This document shows positions 28,216 to 38,565 of a DNA stretch of 64,000 nucleotides, piece after piece; positions within the stretch are counted from its first letter, which is position 1, and every line of letters begins with the position of its first letter. The notes under the pieces are model-generated. The model was not told the origin of the DNA, did no database searches, and was given only the letters and a program-made list of their open reading frames with translations. Both the position numbers and the translations under genes were made by a program. The stretch comes from a virus (Duplodnaviria > Caudoviricetes). The stretch covers positions 1-64,000 of IMG/VR virus record IMGVR_UViG_3300014204_000014; one strand, written 5' to 3'.

Positions 28216-28269
28216 AAAAATCGCGTCAAAACGATATGTCTAACCGATTTAAGGTATAAAGCCCCATTC
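28216..28269 (+). repeat. Dispersed ~50-bp intergenic element, copy 2
   Basis: Exact 18-mer shared with 2597-2614. Confidence 0.6.
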
Positions 28270-28305
28270 CATTGATTTATAGTATAAATTTACCTAATTT
28301 TTACG

Positions 28306-28521
28306 CTATAAATCTATCTCTGGATCATAGGGGTGGATTGACATTATACTTGCCCATTTTTGCTCTTTATCATTCAAATATAAAGCCTGTTCTCTATTAA
28401 GTTTCATATTCCATTTATTATGCAAAAAATCTATCGCATCTTTCATTGTTAAAAAATAATAATCATTTGAATATCCATCGCAGTAATAATTTCCATTTTC
28501 AATAGTATAAATAGTTTTCAT
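28306..28521 (-). CDS. Hypothetical protein
   Basis: ORF track. Confidence 0.5.
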   Translation of the reverse strand: MKTIYTIENGNYYCDGYSNDYYFLTMKDAIDFLHNKWNMKLNREQALYLNDKEQKWASIMSIHPYDPEIDL

Positions 28522-29640
28522 TTAATCAGCTCCTGCTTTGAAGTTATAAATAGGTTTAACAAAATCAATAATATCTACTGTTTCTTTTATAGAGTTAATA
28601 ATCATTTGAGTATTTTTATAAGCATCAGGCGCTTCATCAATAGTATTAAGATTAGCCGTTGTAGTATAAATATCTCTCATTTGAGCTTCAAATATTTCTA
28701 TTGATAAAAGTTCCTTAGCCTTAGTACGAGATAAAGCTCTACCAGCTCCGTGAGGAGCAGAATAATTCCATTTGCTATTTCCTTTACCCTTACAGATTGC
28801 TAAGCCGTCTCGCATATTAAATGGAATAATTACATACTCATTTTCTCGTGCTGGTGTAGCCCCTTTACGAATAATATTATCATCACCGATAAAATTATGT
28901 ACTGATTCAATTTCTTGCATAGGAATTGAATTCTTCAAATATTCTGTGATCCTGTTCATCATTTCATGTCGATTTAGTGATGCAAACTTTTGGGCAACCT
29001 TCAAATCCCCAATATAATCTTGTCCATCTTTTTCATTAGTTAATAGAAATTCCAAATCTTTATATTCATTTCCAATAAAATACTTTTTCAAATTAGCCTT
29101 AGCAATTGATTGATAATAATTGGCGACTTTCAATCCAAAGTTTCTGCTTCCAGAATGAATAGTTACCCAATAATTATTTTCAGAATCTTTGCCAATCTCC
29201 ACGAAGTGATTACCTGAACCAAGCGACCCGATAGACAAGAAAACTCGTAATGATTCAATTCCTATATTCATACAAACATTTTCAATATCTTCAAGAAATG
29301 GATTCGATCTAAATCCGCTATTAACTGAAAATCCTGATGGGATATTTTTCTTTATGAAATTATCAAATTTTGGCAAGTCAATCTTTTCTATTGCAAACTT
29401 CCTAGATAGCATTCCGCAACCAATATCTACCCCAACTATATTAGGAATTATATAATCATTCATTTTCATAGTAAATCCGATGCAAGAACCAGAGCCAGTG
29501 TGGCAATCCGGCATTATAGCAATATAAGTATTTTCAAAAGCAGGATGATTCAAAAAAGTTTGAATCTGCTCCTTTGTACTTTCATCAATCTCGTCAATCA
29601 TAATATTTGCTGAATTGTATTTACCTTTCATTGTAATCAT
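28522..29640 (-). CDS. rtcB: RtcB 3'-phosphate/5'-OH RNA ligase
   Basis: MPDCH, GVDIGCGM, GSGNHF, HSGSR, RKGA, PHGAGR, DEAPDAYK. Confidence 0.93.
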   Translation of the reverse strand: MITMKGKYNSANIMIDEIDESTKEQIQTFLNHPAFENTYIAIMPDCHTGSGSCIGFTMKMNDYIIPNIVGVDIGCGMLSRKFAIEKIDLPKFDNFIKKNIPSGFSVNSGFRSNPFLEDIENVCMNIGIESLRVFLSIGSLGSGNHFVEIGKDSENNYWVTIHSGSRNFGLKVANYYQSIAKANLKKYFIGNEYKDLEFLLTNEKDGQDYIGDLKVAQKFASLNRHEMMNRITEYLKNSIPMQEIESVHNFIGDDNIIRKGATPARENEYVIIPFNMRDGLAICKGKGNSKWNYSAPHGAGRALSRTKAKELLSIEIFEAQMRDIYTTTANLNTIDEAPDAYKNTQMIINSIKETVDIIDFVKPIYNFKAGAD

Positions 29641-30539
29641 AGCCCTAACTCCTTTTTAACAAATTCTTCCTCTAACTTATTATACGCGCCAGGATCATGT
29701 TTAAATCCGGGATTAAATATCCAAGCGTCTTTTCCAAAACTACTTAATCTATCTGCATATTGCTCCGCTCGCTCTTGCGCTTCCTTTTCGTTATCAAATA
29801 AAAATGTAATTTCATCAAATCTATTAGCCAGCAAAATAATCTGCTCTTCACTTAAACTTGTACCCATAGTAGCACAGACGTTTTTTGGCCCTAGTCGCCA
29901 GCAATCAAAAACTCCTTCAACTACTAATACTCTTTTCTCTAAACAATTATCCAAATTATATAATATATGTTTAGGATTTATTATGCTCTTTTCTATAGAA
30001 TAATTCTTATACCTTAATATTTGTAGTTCATCGCATTTTGCTTTTGAAAAAATACTTCTTGCTTGAAATGAAACTAATTGCTTATTGTAATAAATAGGTA
30101 TAATAATTCTAAAGGACCAATCTCCTGTTATACCACCCCAAGTAATGCCATAATCTCGAATAATATAATCAGGCTTAAAACCACGTTTGCTAACATATAA
30201 ATATGCCATTCCTTTATTTTCAATTTCTTCTCCTGGTAATGATATGTCTATATTAACTTTTTTATGATTTAGTTTATTATGTAAAACTGATTCTGTAGAA
30301 TATTGCTTTAGAATCTCTTTTGCTTTGTGAAAGGATACTTGCAATAGTTCGGCAAAAACTTCTTCAGTAGAATGCCCTGTGCAAGTCCAGCAGTGATAGT
30401 AACCTTTTTCAATATTTAATCCACCTTTAAATCCTCTGGAGCCATTCTCATGGAATGGACAGTTTATATTAATCCATTCTTTAGTATCATTTTTATATTC
30501 AATATTATAATCATTTAGTAAAGATACAAAATCGTACAT
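29637..30539 (-). CDS. dnaG: DNA primase (zinc finger plus TOPRIM)
   Basis: CPFH..CWTC; VEGVFD; FDNE. Start at 30539 with a GGAG RBS; the longer ORF-track start lies inside a terminator. Confidence 0.85.
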   Translation of the reverse strand: MYDFVSLLNDYNIEYKNDTKEWININCPFHENGSRGFKGGLNIEKGYYHCWTCTGHSTEEVFAELLQVSFHKAKEILKQYSTESVLHNKLNHKKVNIDISLPGEEIENKGMAYLYVSKRGFKPDYIIRDYGITWGGITGDWSFRIIIPIYYNKQLVSFQARSIFSKAKCDELQILRYKNYSIEKSIINPKHILYNLDNCLEKRVLVVEGVFDCWRLGPKNVCATMGTSLSEEQIILLANRFDEITFLFDNEKEAQERAEQYADRLSSFGKDAWIFNPGFKHDPGAYNKLEEEFVKKELGL

Positions 30540-30550
30540 TATTTTTCTCC

Positions 30551-30597
30551 AAAAAAAAGAGGTCATAGCCAAGCATTTCTGCCTAGCCATGACCTCT
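30551..30597 (-). terminator. Intrinsic terminator
   Basis: AGAGGTCAT/ATGACCTCT 9-bp stem followed by T8 on the minus strand. Confidence 0.75.
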
Positions 30598-30604
30598 GAT
30601 AAAT

Positions 30605-30907
30605 CTAATGAGCCTCTTCAGAAATTTCTTCAGCCTTTTCCTTTGCCTTTCGCTTAGGCTTCGCTTCAATAATCTTTTCTGCTACAGCTTCAACTGCCTT
30701 TTCAGAAACCTTTACGGGATCGTGGAGAATCGTATAGCGACCATCAGCATAAGTGCCAACTAGCAAATGCATTACTGCCCCGATATCAACCCGTCCATGA
30801 TCATCTACAAAGCAATTTTCTTCTTTCGCGCGAGTAATAAAATTGCTGAAAGTCTCATTTGTCTCTCGCGTCCACATCGCGTGATTCGCATTTCCATCAA
30901 ACTTCAT
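30605..30907 (-). CDS. Hypothetical protein
   Basis: ORF track; GGAG RBS. Confidence 0.6.
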   Translation of the reverse strand: MKFDGNANHAMWTRETNETFSNFITRAKEENCFVDDHGRVDIGAVMHLLVGTYADGRYTILHDPVKVSEKAVEAVAEKIIEAKPKRKAKEKAEEISEEAH

Positions 30908-30938
30908 TTTGCACTCCTTAGATAAATTTAACTATATC

Positions 30939-31367
30939 TTATGATATAGCGTTTGCCTTTTTCTTTTCCCAATACTCAGTCATTCGCTTTCTCGAAGCTT
31001 CCTTCTTCACAGGATCGCTTCTCTTGTCCATCTTCTTTATTATATACTTGCTTGACGCTTTTTTATCCTTAACTAGAATAAAGTATTTTTGTAGAATTAT
31101 TTTAATTGCTTTTATATCATTCCAAACATTCGTCCCTGCTACCTCCTGCTCTATTTTCTTGCATAAAGCATATTGATGAATTGGCCTAAGCGTATCACGA
31201 ATCTCTGGCCAAAAATCAAACCCACACTTTTCCTTTCCTGTAATTTGAAGCTCCACTATATTATATTCAGGATCATTTTTAATTTTTCCTAGTTTGTTTT
31301 TCTTTCTTGTTTCGTGGGCCTTCATCTTTGTTTCAACTGATACCTTAAAGCCTTTTGCTCTACCCAT
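30939..31367 (-). CDS. Basic protein with a NUMOD3-like N-terminus
   Basis: MGRAKGFKVSVETKMK; similar N-terminus to 32513..32785. Confidence 0.45.
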   Translation of the reverse strand: MGRAKGFKVSVETKMKAHETRKKNKLGKIKNDPEYNIVELQITGKEKCGFDFWPEIRDTLRPIHQYALCKKIEQEVAGTNVWNDIKAIKIILQKYFILVKDKKASSKYIIKKMDKRSDPVKKEASRKRMTEYWEKKKANAIS

Positions 31368-31368
31368 G

Positions 31369-31884
31369 TTAACTCGCCTCCTTATTCCACCAATCACCAA
31401 TTTCATTCCAAGCATTTATGATTCTATTCTTGTCCCAACCATACACATAATGATACCATTTTGATACAGAAAAGAATGAAGGTCTTTTTGTATACTCTCC
31501 TGGCAATTCCCATTTTCTACTTATGATAAAATCTAAAATTGTTTTAGCATCATTTGATAAACTTATTTTATCGTCTATGCTCTCCATAGTTTCGATAAAT
31601 CTATCAAATGATTTCTCTGGCCATTGGGCATCAATTAAATAATGATACCTTTTATACTGTACTTTGCAATAATTGTTTATTTTATCTTTTAGCCCTCTAA
31701 AAAGATACGTTGAAAATGAAGCTCGCTGTGGATCATATTTTTCTGCAATCTCGCAAAAGAATAAATATGCTTCTGACTGCAATTCCTCCTTTTCAAAAAC
31801 TCTATAGCGTTTATATGCTCTCCAAACAAAACCTTCAACCATAGGACGAAATTGATTGAATAATTCTGTAGTTGCTTCCATCAA
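31369..31884 (-). CDS. Sigma-70 family (region 2) sigma factor-like protein
   Basis: EELQSEAYLFFCEIAEKYDPQRASFSTY region-2 pattern. Confidence 0.7.
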   Translation of the reverse strand: MMEATTELFNQFRPMVEGFVWRAYKRYRVFEKEELQSEAYLFFCEIAEKYDPQRASFSTYLFRGLKDKINNYCKVQYKRYHYLIDAQWPEKSFDRFIETMESIDDKISLSNDAKTILDFIISRKWELPGEYTKRPSFFSVSKWYHYVYGWDKNRIINAWNEIGDWWNKEAS

Positions 31885-32049
31885 TTTGCCTCTTGTATTT
31901 CTCGCTCATTGAAAATAAGTCTAGCTTGACTTGAAGGAATAGAAGCTAGAACATTATTTTCCCTATCATAAATAATAATTCTATCATTAACATTTTCCAT
32001 CAAAGTACAGCGAAACATTTTTTTAGTATTGCTATCAAATAGCTTCATA

Positions 32050-32340
32050 TTAAATCTCCTTATAGCGAGTCAAGGCATGGCTTTCATCCTTTTCAGGAGA
32101 AAGATCAAAAAGGAAATTTTTAATGATAACAAATAGTCTGATAAATACACTTTGCATTTTTACATAAATTATATTGTCAGTATTAATTCCCATATCTCTA
32201 GCTTTGACCTCACACAAAGCAAGATCATCATACAATTCCATATCATAAAAAAGCGTAGGGCTCTCTTTTTCGATCATTTTATAGTATAACACATCAGAAA
32301 TAGCATCTTCTTTTTCTTCCTCAGAATAATTCATTTTCAT
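32050..32340 (-). CDS. Hypothetical protein
   Basis: ORF track; GAGGAGG RBS. Confidence 0.5.
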   Translation of the reverse strand: MKMNYSEEEKEDAISDVLYYKMIEKESPTLFYDMELYDDLALCEVKARDMGINTDNIIYVKMQSVFIRLFVIIKNFLFDLSPEKDESHALTRYKEI

Positions 32341-32512
32341 TCCTCCTCAATATGAATCTTATGGCCAGTCCACAATCTGAACAATTCATTTTTAATTTCA
32401 TTTTCCATACCTAACATTATATTATATGATTTTTCCATCTCTGCTGTATAGATTGATTTAGAAAAAGTTTCTCTAGCTTCAAAATACTTCTTTGCATAAA
32501 ATCCTAAATCGT

Positions 32513-32785
32513 TCATTTTACGCTCTCCTTTGCTTTCTTTACCGTTGGATATAATCTGCCTCTAAAATTATTTTCTTCAGAAGCAAATACAGGATATGGA
32601 AGAGCATTTATTTCTTTATCAATTCCATATCCTACGATTTTTACTTCTCGCTCTGCCTTCTTAGTCTTTACTTTTTCTTGTCCTGCAATCATCCCCTCCT
32701 CAGCTTTTAGCTTTGCCGCTTTTCGGCCAGCTTGCATTTTGGCCTTTTGAGACTCTGATAACTTAAAGCCTTTTGGTCTAGCCAT
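32513..32785 (-). CDS. Basic protein with a NUMOD3-like N-terminus
   Basis: MARPKGFKLSESQKAKM; GAGG RBS before 32785. Confidence 0.5.
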   Translation of the reverse strand: MARPKGFKLSESQKAKMQAGRKAAKLKAEEGMIAGQEKVKTKKAEREVKIVGYGIDKEINALPYPVFASEENNFRGRLYPTVKKAKESVK

Positions 32786-32911
32786 TACTCTATCCTCGAT
32801 CCAGCCCTTTGCCACATTCCGATAGCGAAGGCCAGTTCCATTTTTGTAATTTCCCCTCGATGGAACATTACAAAATACCTCTTCAGTTCTGAATAATTCA
32901 TAAAACCTCCT

Positions 32912-33145
32912 TTACCAATATCTGTTTCTAGCAAGAGTATCGCTTTTATATTCAGCAATTGCATTTGTTAAATTTTTATCTTCCTCGTCAATTAGAGCAT
33001 GGCGAATCTTTTTGTTATCACATCTTGCTCTGAATTTGCATTTTGTATTGCAATATTTCCTGTACTCCTCCTTCCAAGACTCTACAACGCCATCTTCATT
33101 TCTCGTAAGCTTGAAAAAAGGCTTATGTCTAAATGTCCTGCTCAT
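32912..33145 (-). CDS. Hypothetical protein
   Basis: ORF track; GGAGGAG RBS. Confidence 0.5.
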   Translation of the reverse strand: MSRTFRHKPFFKLTRNEDGVVESWKEEYRKYCNTKCKFRARCDNKKIRHALIDEEDKNLTNAIAEYKSDTLARNRYW

Positions 33146-33334
33146 TTACTCCTCCTCAATGACCCCATTATTCAAAGCAAAATTCAAATCATCACAAAAA
33201 CAGTTTTCATTTTTAAATCTATTTCTTAAATAATAGTATTCAGTAAATGTTTTTGTTACTAATATCCTATAGCCTAACTTTTCAATTCTGTTTTTTACTT
33301 TAATAAACGCTTCAAACCCATCACAATCAATCAT
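33146..33334 (-). CDS. Hypothetical protein
   Basis: ORF track; AAGGAGG RBS. Confidence 0.5.
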   Translation of the reverse strand: MIDCDGFEAFIKVKNRIEKLGYRILVTKTFTEYYYLRNRFKNENCFCDDLNFALNNGVIEEE

Positions 33335-33357
33335 CTAATCCTCCTTATAAAAATATA

Positions 33358-33431
33358 TGCGCCATGATGGACTTGAACCACCGACCTTTTGTGTATCAGA
33401 CAACTGCTCTGACCAACTGAGCTAATGGCGC
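33358..33431 (-). tRNA. tRNA-Ile(GAT), CCA not encoded
   Basis: GCGCCAT acceptor stem, AGCTCAGTTGGT D-arm, CT-GAT-AC loop, GGTTCAAGTCC T-arm. Confidence 0.92.
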
Positions 33432-33441
33432 GAAAACATTT

Positions 33442-34395
33442 TTACCTAACTAGCACTGCCACTTTTTCAATGGCTTCCTGTGCTTGCTTCAGAATCCTAT
33501 TGCCATCAATAAAGCTGGCAAATCGCTTTTCCTGAAAAGTTTGGGTAAGGCGCAAAGGCTCAGCATGGGAAGCAAAATCCGCGAAAGCATTATATACTCC
33601 CCAAGCATCTCCAGCGAACTTTCTCAAATCCTGAGCCTCTGAATAAATGTCTTGAACCTGTTGGCGAAGGGTCAAGGCATTATTCTTTTGCCTATCGCTA
33701 TCCTTTTCTTCAACAGGAAAAACAAATTCCAGAATATCATTAAATTTACTTTTATTGATTTTTGTCTGCTGATATTTTTCCGCTACTACATTCATCTCCT
33801 TCATATAATCGAAGGTTAAGCCAAGCGTCATTGCCGCATCTTTCTTTTTTCCTTCCACATCTCCCATATGGCGAATTGACCATGAGCGCTTTGCTTCTCG
33901 TAAAGCGAGGTTAAGCGTATTCTGGCACACCACGCGAGTGGGAGTAAGAGCGGCTGTTATAGCTTGGCTTCCATCGAAGCTGTTTGCGAAAACTAAATAA
34001 GGAACAACTTCCTCGCCTAAGATTTTCTCAGCAGGAAGATGCGCAAGAATCCAAATCTTCCTACCATGATTTAATGATCCTGCTGATTCATAAGTAACTT
34101 TTGCTTTTTTACTTTTTACCAATTCATCAGTAAAAGCAAAGGCATCACGATTCAAAACTATCTTATATTTTTCCGAAGTATCGCCAAGCACCATCCTATC
34201 GCTCGTCCTGACGTTTACTCGCATATCAGGAATTTCCGTTCCATCAGCGAGATAAACTTTTTCAGGAATTACGTCCCAGTCAAGCCCTGCTAGCTTTAGC
34301 GCCGTCAAGCTATCAGGTGCTTCCTGAACTACAGTACCAAGCCCATGCCATGCGGGCTTCTTATACAAAAAACAAGTTTCGACATTAGCAGACAT
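33442..34395 (-). CDS. DUF932 / TIGR03299-like phage-plasmid protein
   Basis: KPAWHGLG, YESAGSL..GRKIW, NSFDGS, TRVVCQNT. Confidence 0.85.
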   Translation of the reverse strand: MSANVETCFLYKKPAWHGLGTVVQEAPDSLTALKLAGLDWDVIPEKVYLADGTEIPDMRVNVRTSDRMVLGDTSEKYKIVLNRDAFAFTDELVKSKKAKVTYESAGSLNHGRKIWILAHLPAEKILGEEVVPYLVFANSFDGSQAITAALTPTRVVCQNTLNLALREAKRSWSIRHMGDVEGKKKDAAMTLGLTFDYMKEMNVVAEKYQQTKINKSKFNDILEFVFPVEEKDSDRQKNNALTLRQQVQDIYSEAQDLRKFAGDAWGVYNAFADFASHAEPLRLTQTFQEKRFASFIDGNRILKQAQEAIEKVAVLVR

Positions 34396-34793
34396 TTGAT
34401 TCTCCTCAAATAAAAATATTCAGGAAATACATCCTGAATCTACCTTCCTGAAGCAATAATGATTTTTTGTGCATTATCCTTAGTGAGAGGAATTCCAACT
34501 ACGAATTTTTTATTATGGTTTTTAATATTTTCTACAATTGTTAAAGAGCTTCCAGGAACTTGCCTTAGTACATAATCATTAAAAATAATCTTGATCATTT
34601 CTTTGCCTCCTTACTCTTTTGCGAACAAATGCCCAAAGCAGGGCATCCTCGACATCCCATCAAATGCCTTCTTTCACAATCATTAACAATCTTTCTTTTC
34701 ATCAAAACCTCCTTCAAAACCTGCCATCATCAGGCCGAGTAGGTAAATTCTCGGCGACCAGGGAAGCATTTAATCCTCCCTAGTTTCGGCTAT

Positions 34794-35030
34794 TTATACG
34801 AGATATTTTCGCGCTTCCCGAGTCCCGTACTGGACTCCATCAACGACTAATTTTGCAACTCGGCGACTCCAAGTTTTGCTGTACACATTAACATAGGATA
34901 TGATTTTCCATTCTGTACCCTCAATTTTTTCTTCCCATGATCCACGCTCATCTACCCGCACATAAGGTTTTTTGTAGTTATTAGACTGATTAACAAGCTC
35001 CATCGTCCTCATCGCTACTTGCTTTGTCAT
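34794..35030 (-). CDS. Hypothetical early protein
   Basis: ORF track. Confidence 0.5.
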   Translation of the reverse strand: MTKQVAMRTMELVNQSNNYKKPYVRVDERGSWEEKIEGTEWKIISYVNVYSKTWSRRVAKLVVDGVQYGTREARKYLV

Positions 35031-35095
35031 TGCACTTGCTCGTTACTGGCTACCAGCTCAGCCAAACCAAATAACCAAACCCATACGGGATGGCT

Positions 35096-35797
35096 TTAGT
35101 CAATAAAAGCATTCGCCTTTCTTCCTCCAACTTGCTTATTTAAGTTGAAGGAGCTTCCATCCATCTGCCCTCGAATATAACCTTGAGCGTCTTTTATATT
35201 GCTTTTGATTGAGCTATTTTTTAGATTTTTCTGATTCATGTGATTTTTTAATTCCGAATCAATCACCATAAGAGCTGTGCAATTTACTACTTCCTCATTT
35301 TTGTGAATTTCTTTTAACCTTTTGCAAAGAGCTTCAGAAAATCCTGTTTTGTAGCTTTCCTTCATATCGTGGTCAATGTCCTTGGAAAGCCTTTCGATGC
35401 TTGCGAAAATATATTTCAGCATTTCCTTCGCAGAAATTACATTCGCTTCCCTGCCTACTATTTTTATTACTTGCTTTCCTTTCGTATCGTATTTATATGA
35501 TCCGCGAGTTACCATTGTATACGAGGCGCAGTAATTCGCTTTTGTTACATAATAGATTAAAAGTTTTTTCCATGCTCTCATCCTTCCTGCTTCGCAAAAT
35601 TCCAATTCGTTTATTTCTGTTTTTGATTCTTCCTTCAAATCGCTGACTGTTAAATTGTACTGAAGCAAAAGCGCATGAGCTTTTTCCATTGCACTCATCG
35701 CCTCTGCCTCGTTGGGGCTTTCCGCTAAGGCGAAAAGTTTTCTGATCCTGTCGATGATCTTGTCACTAGCTTCCATCATAAACTCCTTTTCAAACAA
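35096..35797 (-). CDS. DUF2786 domain protein
   Basis: IIDRIRKLFALAESPNEAEAMSAMEKAHALLLQYNL. Confidence 0.8.
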   Translation of the reverse strand: MFEKEFMMEASDKIIDRIRKLFALAESPNEAEAMSAMEKAHALLLQYNLTVSDLKEESKTEINELEFCEAGRMRAWKKLLIYYVTKANYCASYTMVTRGSYKYDTKGKQVIKIVGREANVISAKEMLKYIFASIERLSKDIDHDMKESYKTGFSEALCKRLKEIHKNEEVVNCTALMVIDSELKNHMNQKNLKNSSIKSNIKDAQGYIRGQMDGSSFNLNKQVGGRKANAFID

Positions 35798-35800
35798 AAT

Positions 35801-36220
35801 TTAGTTGAGGAAAAAGCCTTTTATGTCTACCCAAGAGCCGTGGGCCAAGGGCTTTTCAAATTTATTTTCTGGCCCACATACCTGAGCTTCATTATTATAT
35901 ACAGTATGTCCGCTTTTCGGAGTAACCCAAAAAAGCACATTGCCAGTATGAATATCACAAATTGAAAAAGAATCGTAAAGTCTACCGACACCAGGACAAT
36001 TATTTTTGAAGAAAATATAAACTTTGCTAGGATCGAATTTCTTACTTTTCATAATGCTGATTACTTTAGCATACAGAGCCTTTGTTTTTCCAGCGAGAGC
36101 TGAATCTTTGCAGAACCAATCATACCAGCCAGCACTTATTTGCGTATCAGTATCAACTTCATCGTACTTGCCAGCCATAAAAGCTCCGATCTGCTCCAGT
36201 AAAGTTTTCTGCTCTTTCAT
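35801..36220 (-). CDS. Conserved phage hypothetical protein
   Basis: AGWYDWFC ... FFKNNCP; probable start at MKEQK with a GGAG RBS. Confidence 0.55.
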   Translation of the reverse strand: MKEQKTLLEQIGAFMAGKYDEVDTDTQISAGWYDWFCKDSALAGKTKALYAKVISIMKSKKFDPSKVYIFFKNNCPGVGRLYDSFSICDIHTGNVLFWVTPKSGHTVYNNEAQVCGPENKFEKPLAHGSWVDIKGFFLN

Positions 36221-36369
36221 CGTGGTCTCCTTCAAAACTAAAATCACTTTTCCTCCGAAGGGAAAAGATATGGCACGAATTGGACTTGGACCAATTGCTG
36301 GGCTATCATCCAGCGCCACCTGACCGTGCCGTGGAAAACCATTTTTAAATTATTTTGAATTATACGCTT

Positions 36370-36825
36370 TTACAAAAGACTGTATTCCTTTTCCGTTACG
36401 ATCCTGTACAGGCCGTCGACCATTGAAAAGTTGCAGAACGCTCCGAGCTTAGAAGCCTTCTTCCTGAGCTGGGTCATTTCCATCCTGCCTACGTGACTGG
36501 CTTTCCAAATCAGGTCTTCGTGCTTTGTACCTTCAGGGCCGATGATATCGAGGAGCTTCTTAGCGGCATTTTCCTTGGCCTTCTTTGCCTTCATGCAATT
36601 GGGGAAAACCATCTTGGTTGCGATGATGATGTCCGCGTCGCCAGAAGCGAGGCAGAACTGAATAACCTTTTCCCTTGCTTCCTGCTTTGCCTTTTTGCTT
36701 TCGACTTTTTCCTCAGGCGTGAGCGGAATTCTTTTCTTTCCCTTCTCCTTGACTTCCTTTTCCGCTTTCTTCTCTACCTTCACACCATTGTCCACGATCT
36801 TGCCATTCACATAAGCCTTGGCCAT
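36370..36825 (-). CDS. Lys-rich hypothetical early protein
   Basis: GGAGG RBS before MAKAYV; first gene after the promoter at 37067. Confidence 0.6.
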   Translation of the reverse strand: MAKAYVNGKIVDNGVKVEKKAEKEVKEKGKKRIPLTPEEKVESKKAKQEAREKVIQFCLASGDADIIIATKMVFPNCMKAKKAKENAAKKLLDIIGPEGTKHEDLIWKASHVGRMEMTQLRKKASKLGAFCNFSMVDGLYRIVTEKEYSLL

Positions 36826-37066
36826 TTGAGCCCTCCACAAATAACTTTCCGATTTCGTAGCAATTTTCAGCTACTCATCAGCTTCCATAAAAGGAAGGAT
36901 CGGAAACTTTTTTAAATTGTTTTTGGGTGGGCAAAGTCTTTATATAAACTAATGAAGCTACTCAAGCACTTCCGTGACTTGAGGACCTTGCAGAAACTGA
37001 ACGCCCCTGCAACGATCGCGGGCTAGCTCCCGCCTGCAACCGATATTTTTAATTTCTTTATACTTT

Positions 37067-37095
37067 ATTATAAGGTATTGCAAGGAAAAATAAAG
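37067..37095 (-). promoter_or_regulatory. Class-2 promoter motif
   Basis: CTTTAT-N17-TATAAT. Confidence 0.6.
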
Positions 37096-37249
37096 CCCTA
37101 TATAAATGATAATTCACATACTTCATATAAATCTATATAATACAAGTAATTAACTAAGTATAGTAAATCTATATCTTATAAGTAATTAACTAAATATGCA
37201 ATAATTCGTCAATAAATCGTTCATTTACGATATAAATTTACGCAATAAA

Positions 37250-38479
37250 TTATGATTTGTTAAGAAAAGCCTTTATATCGTGCTCCTTCTTAGCGTTCAA
37301 TAGATAGGCGCTCCACGTTGGGCAATTCGTTCCTAGGTGGGATAAATACACATGATCAATAAAAGATTTCAAAAAGCTTACATATTCATATAGCCATTTT
37401 TCAATTCCGCAGTCAAGCCAATAAGTACAATTAGAATCTTCATTCATCAAATCATTAGCATATTTTTTGTACCAACTAACTAATGATTTTATTCTACTCC
37501 AAAAAGCAAAGCCGTCAGTACGCTCATCAATAAATTCCTTAAAAATAATTCTTACTTCTTTAGGAATTGAAAGAAAAATTTTTTCTGCTGATACTTCGCG
37601 CATAGGGAAAGCAGGACCATCTAGACAAGCTAAAAATAATGAGCCATTTGAATTATAATTAAATAGCCATGAGTCTATATTTTTAGGGAGCCAATTTTTA
37701 TCAGATGGATTATTACTAGGATCAAACCATGTGATATAATTCTTAGCTGCTTTTATAATAACTTCTTCAATGCTGTTCCAGCTTCCTTGGCAATTCAAGA
37801 TTATTTCTTTTGCACTATTTATACTATGGTCTTTATTCTTAGCAATAAATTCATCTGCTTGCCTAAATGTTTTTAGGAATGATCCTTTATATATTGCTGT
37901 TAGCTTAAAACAGAATTCTTTCATGCCTTTTGTATAGCTTCCATCTTTGTTTAATCTATTTCTAAATAGCTTTGAACCATCTGGTAATTTTATTTGCAAA
38001 AGTTTATCCATTATTTGCGTAGCATTTTTGTTACAATTGTTTTTTATGGCAGTGGGTTTTTTTGATTCAATCGGCTTATTGGTAATTAGACTATTCATAT
38101 CTATACCTCCTGAATCTCGTAGCCATTCTATTATATTCTCCCTAATAGCAAATCCTACCATTTTGCCATCAATAGTAGGCACAACTATTTTTATTAATGG
38201 AAATTTCTCTATAGGTAAAGTTTTGCTAGTTTTCCCTGATAAATCTTCAAATATTTTACTGATGGTTTGATTAGAACGAAATGGTAAAGTAGGAAAATCC
38301 TCAAATACTTTGTGATATTCGACCCAATAGTAATGCTCTTTATCATTTTTTGTCTTTATTATTGTTTGATTTCCTGAATGGGCAAAATAGACTAGCCATT
38401 CAAGAATTTTAGAATGTATTATATTTAATCCTAAATAGACTAATTTTTCTTGATTGAATCCATCTATGGCTACTTTCAT
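37250..38479 (-). CDS. Putative replication initiator with an N-terminal winged-HTH
   Basis: MKVAIDGFNQEKL..ILEWL..YYWVEY..FPTL resembles the N-termini of phage replisome-organiser proteins. Confidence 0.5.
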   Translation of the reverse strand: MKVAIDGFNQEKLVYLGLNIIHSKILEWLVYFAHSGNQTIIKTKNDKEHYYWVEYHKVFEDFPTLPFRSNQTISKIFEDLSGKTSKTLPIEKFPLIKIVVPTIDGKMVGFAIRENIIEWLRDSGGIDMNSLITNKPIESKKPTAIKNNCNKNATQIMDKLLQIKLPDGSKLFRNRLNKDGSYTKGMKEFCFKLTAIYKGSFLKTFRQADEFIAKNKDHSINSAKEIILNCQGSWNSIEEVIIKAAKNYITWFDPSNNPSDKNWLPKNIDSWLFNYNSNGSLFLACLDGPAFPMREVSAEKIFLSIPKEVRIIFKEFIDERTDGFAFWSRIKSLVSWYKKYANDLMNEDSNCTYWLDCGIEKWLYEYVSFLKSFIDHVYLSHLGTNCPTWSAYLLNAKKEHDIKAFLNKS

Positions 38480-38565
38480 ACTAACTCCTTTTTATAGCAA
38501 ATACTTTTCAAAACCGAAGGTTTATAATATCTTTAGATATTTATTAAATAAGAATAGTATATATA

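Noticed and set aside
29637-30590. ORF-track starts at 30590 (primase), 4565, 25812, 31415, 32815, 36319, 42558, 43908 and 62862
   Set aside because: Downstream starts have clear RBSs, while the longer versions run into terminators, promoters or upstream genes.
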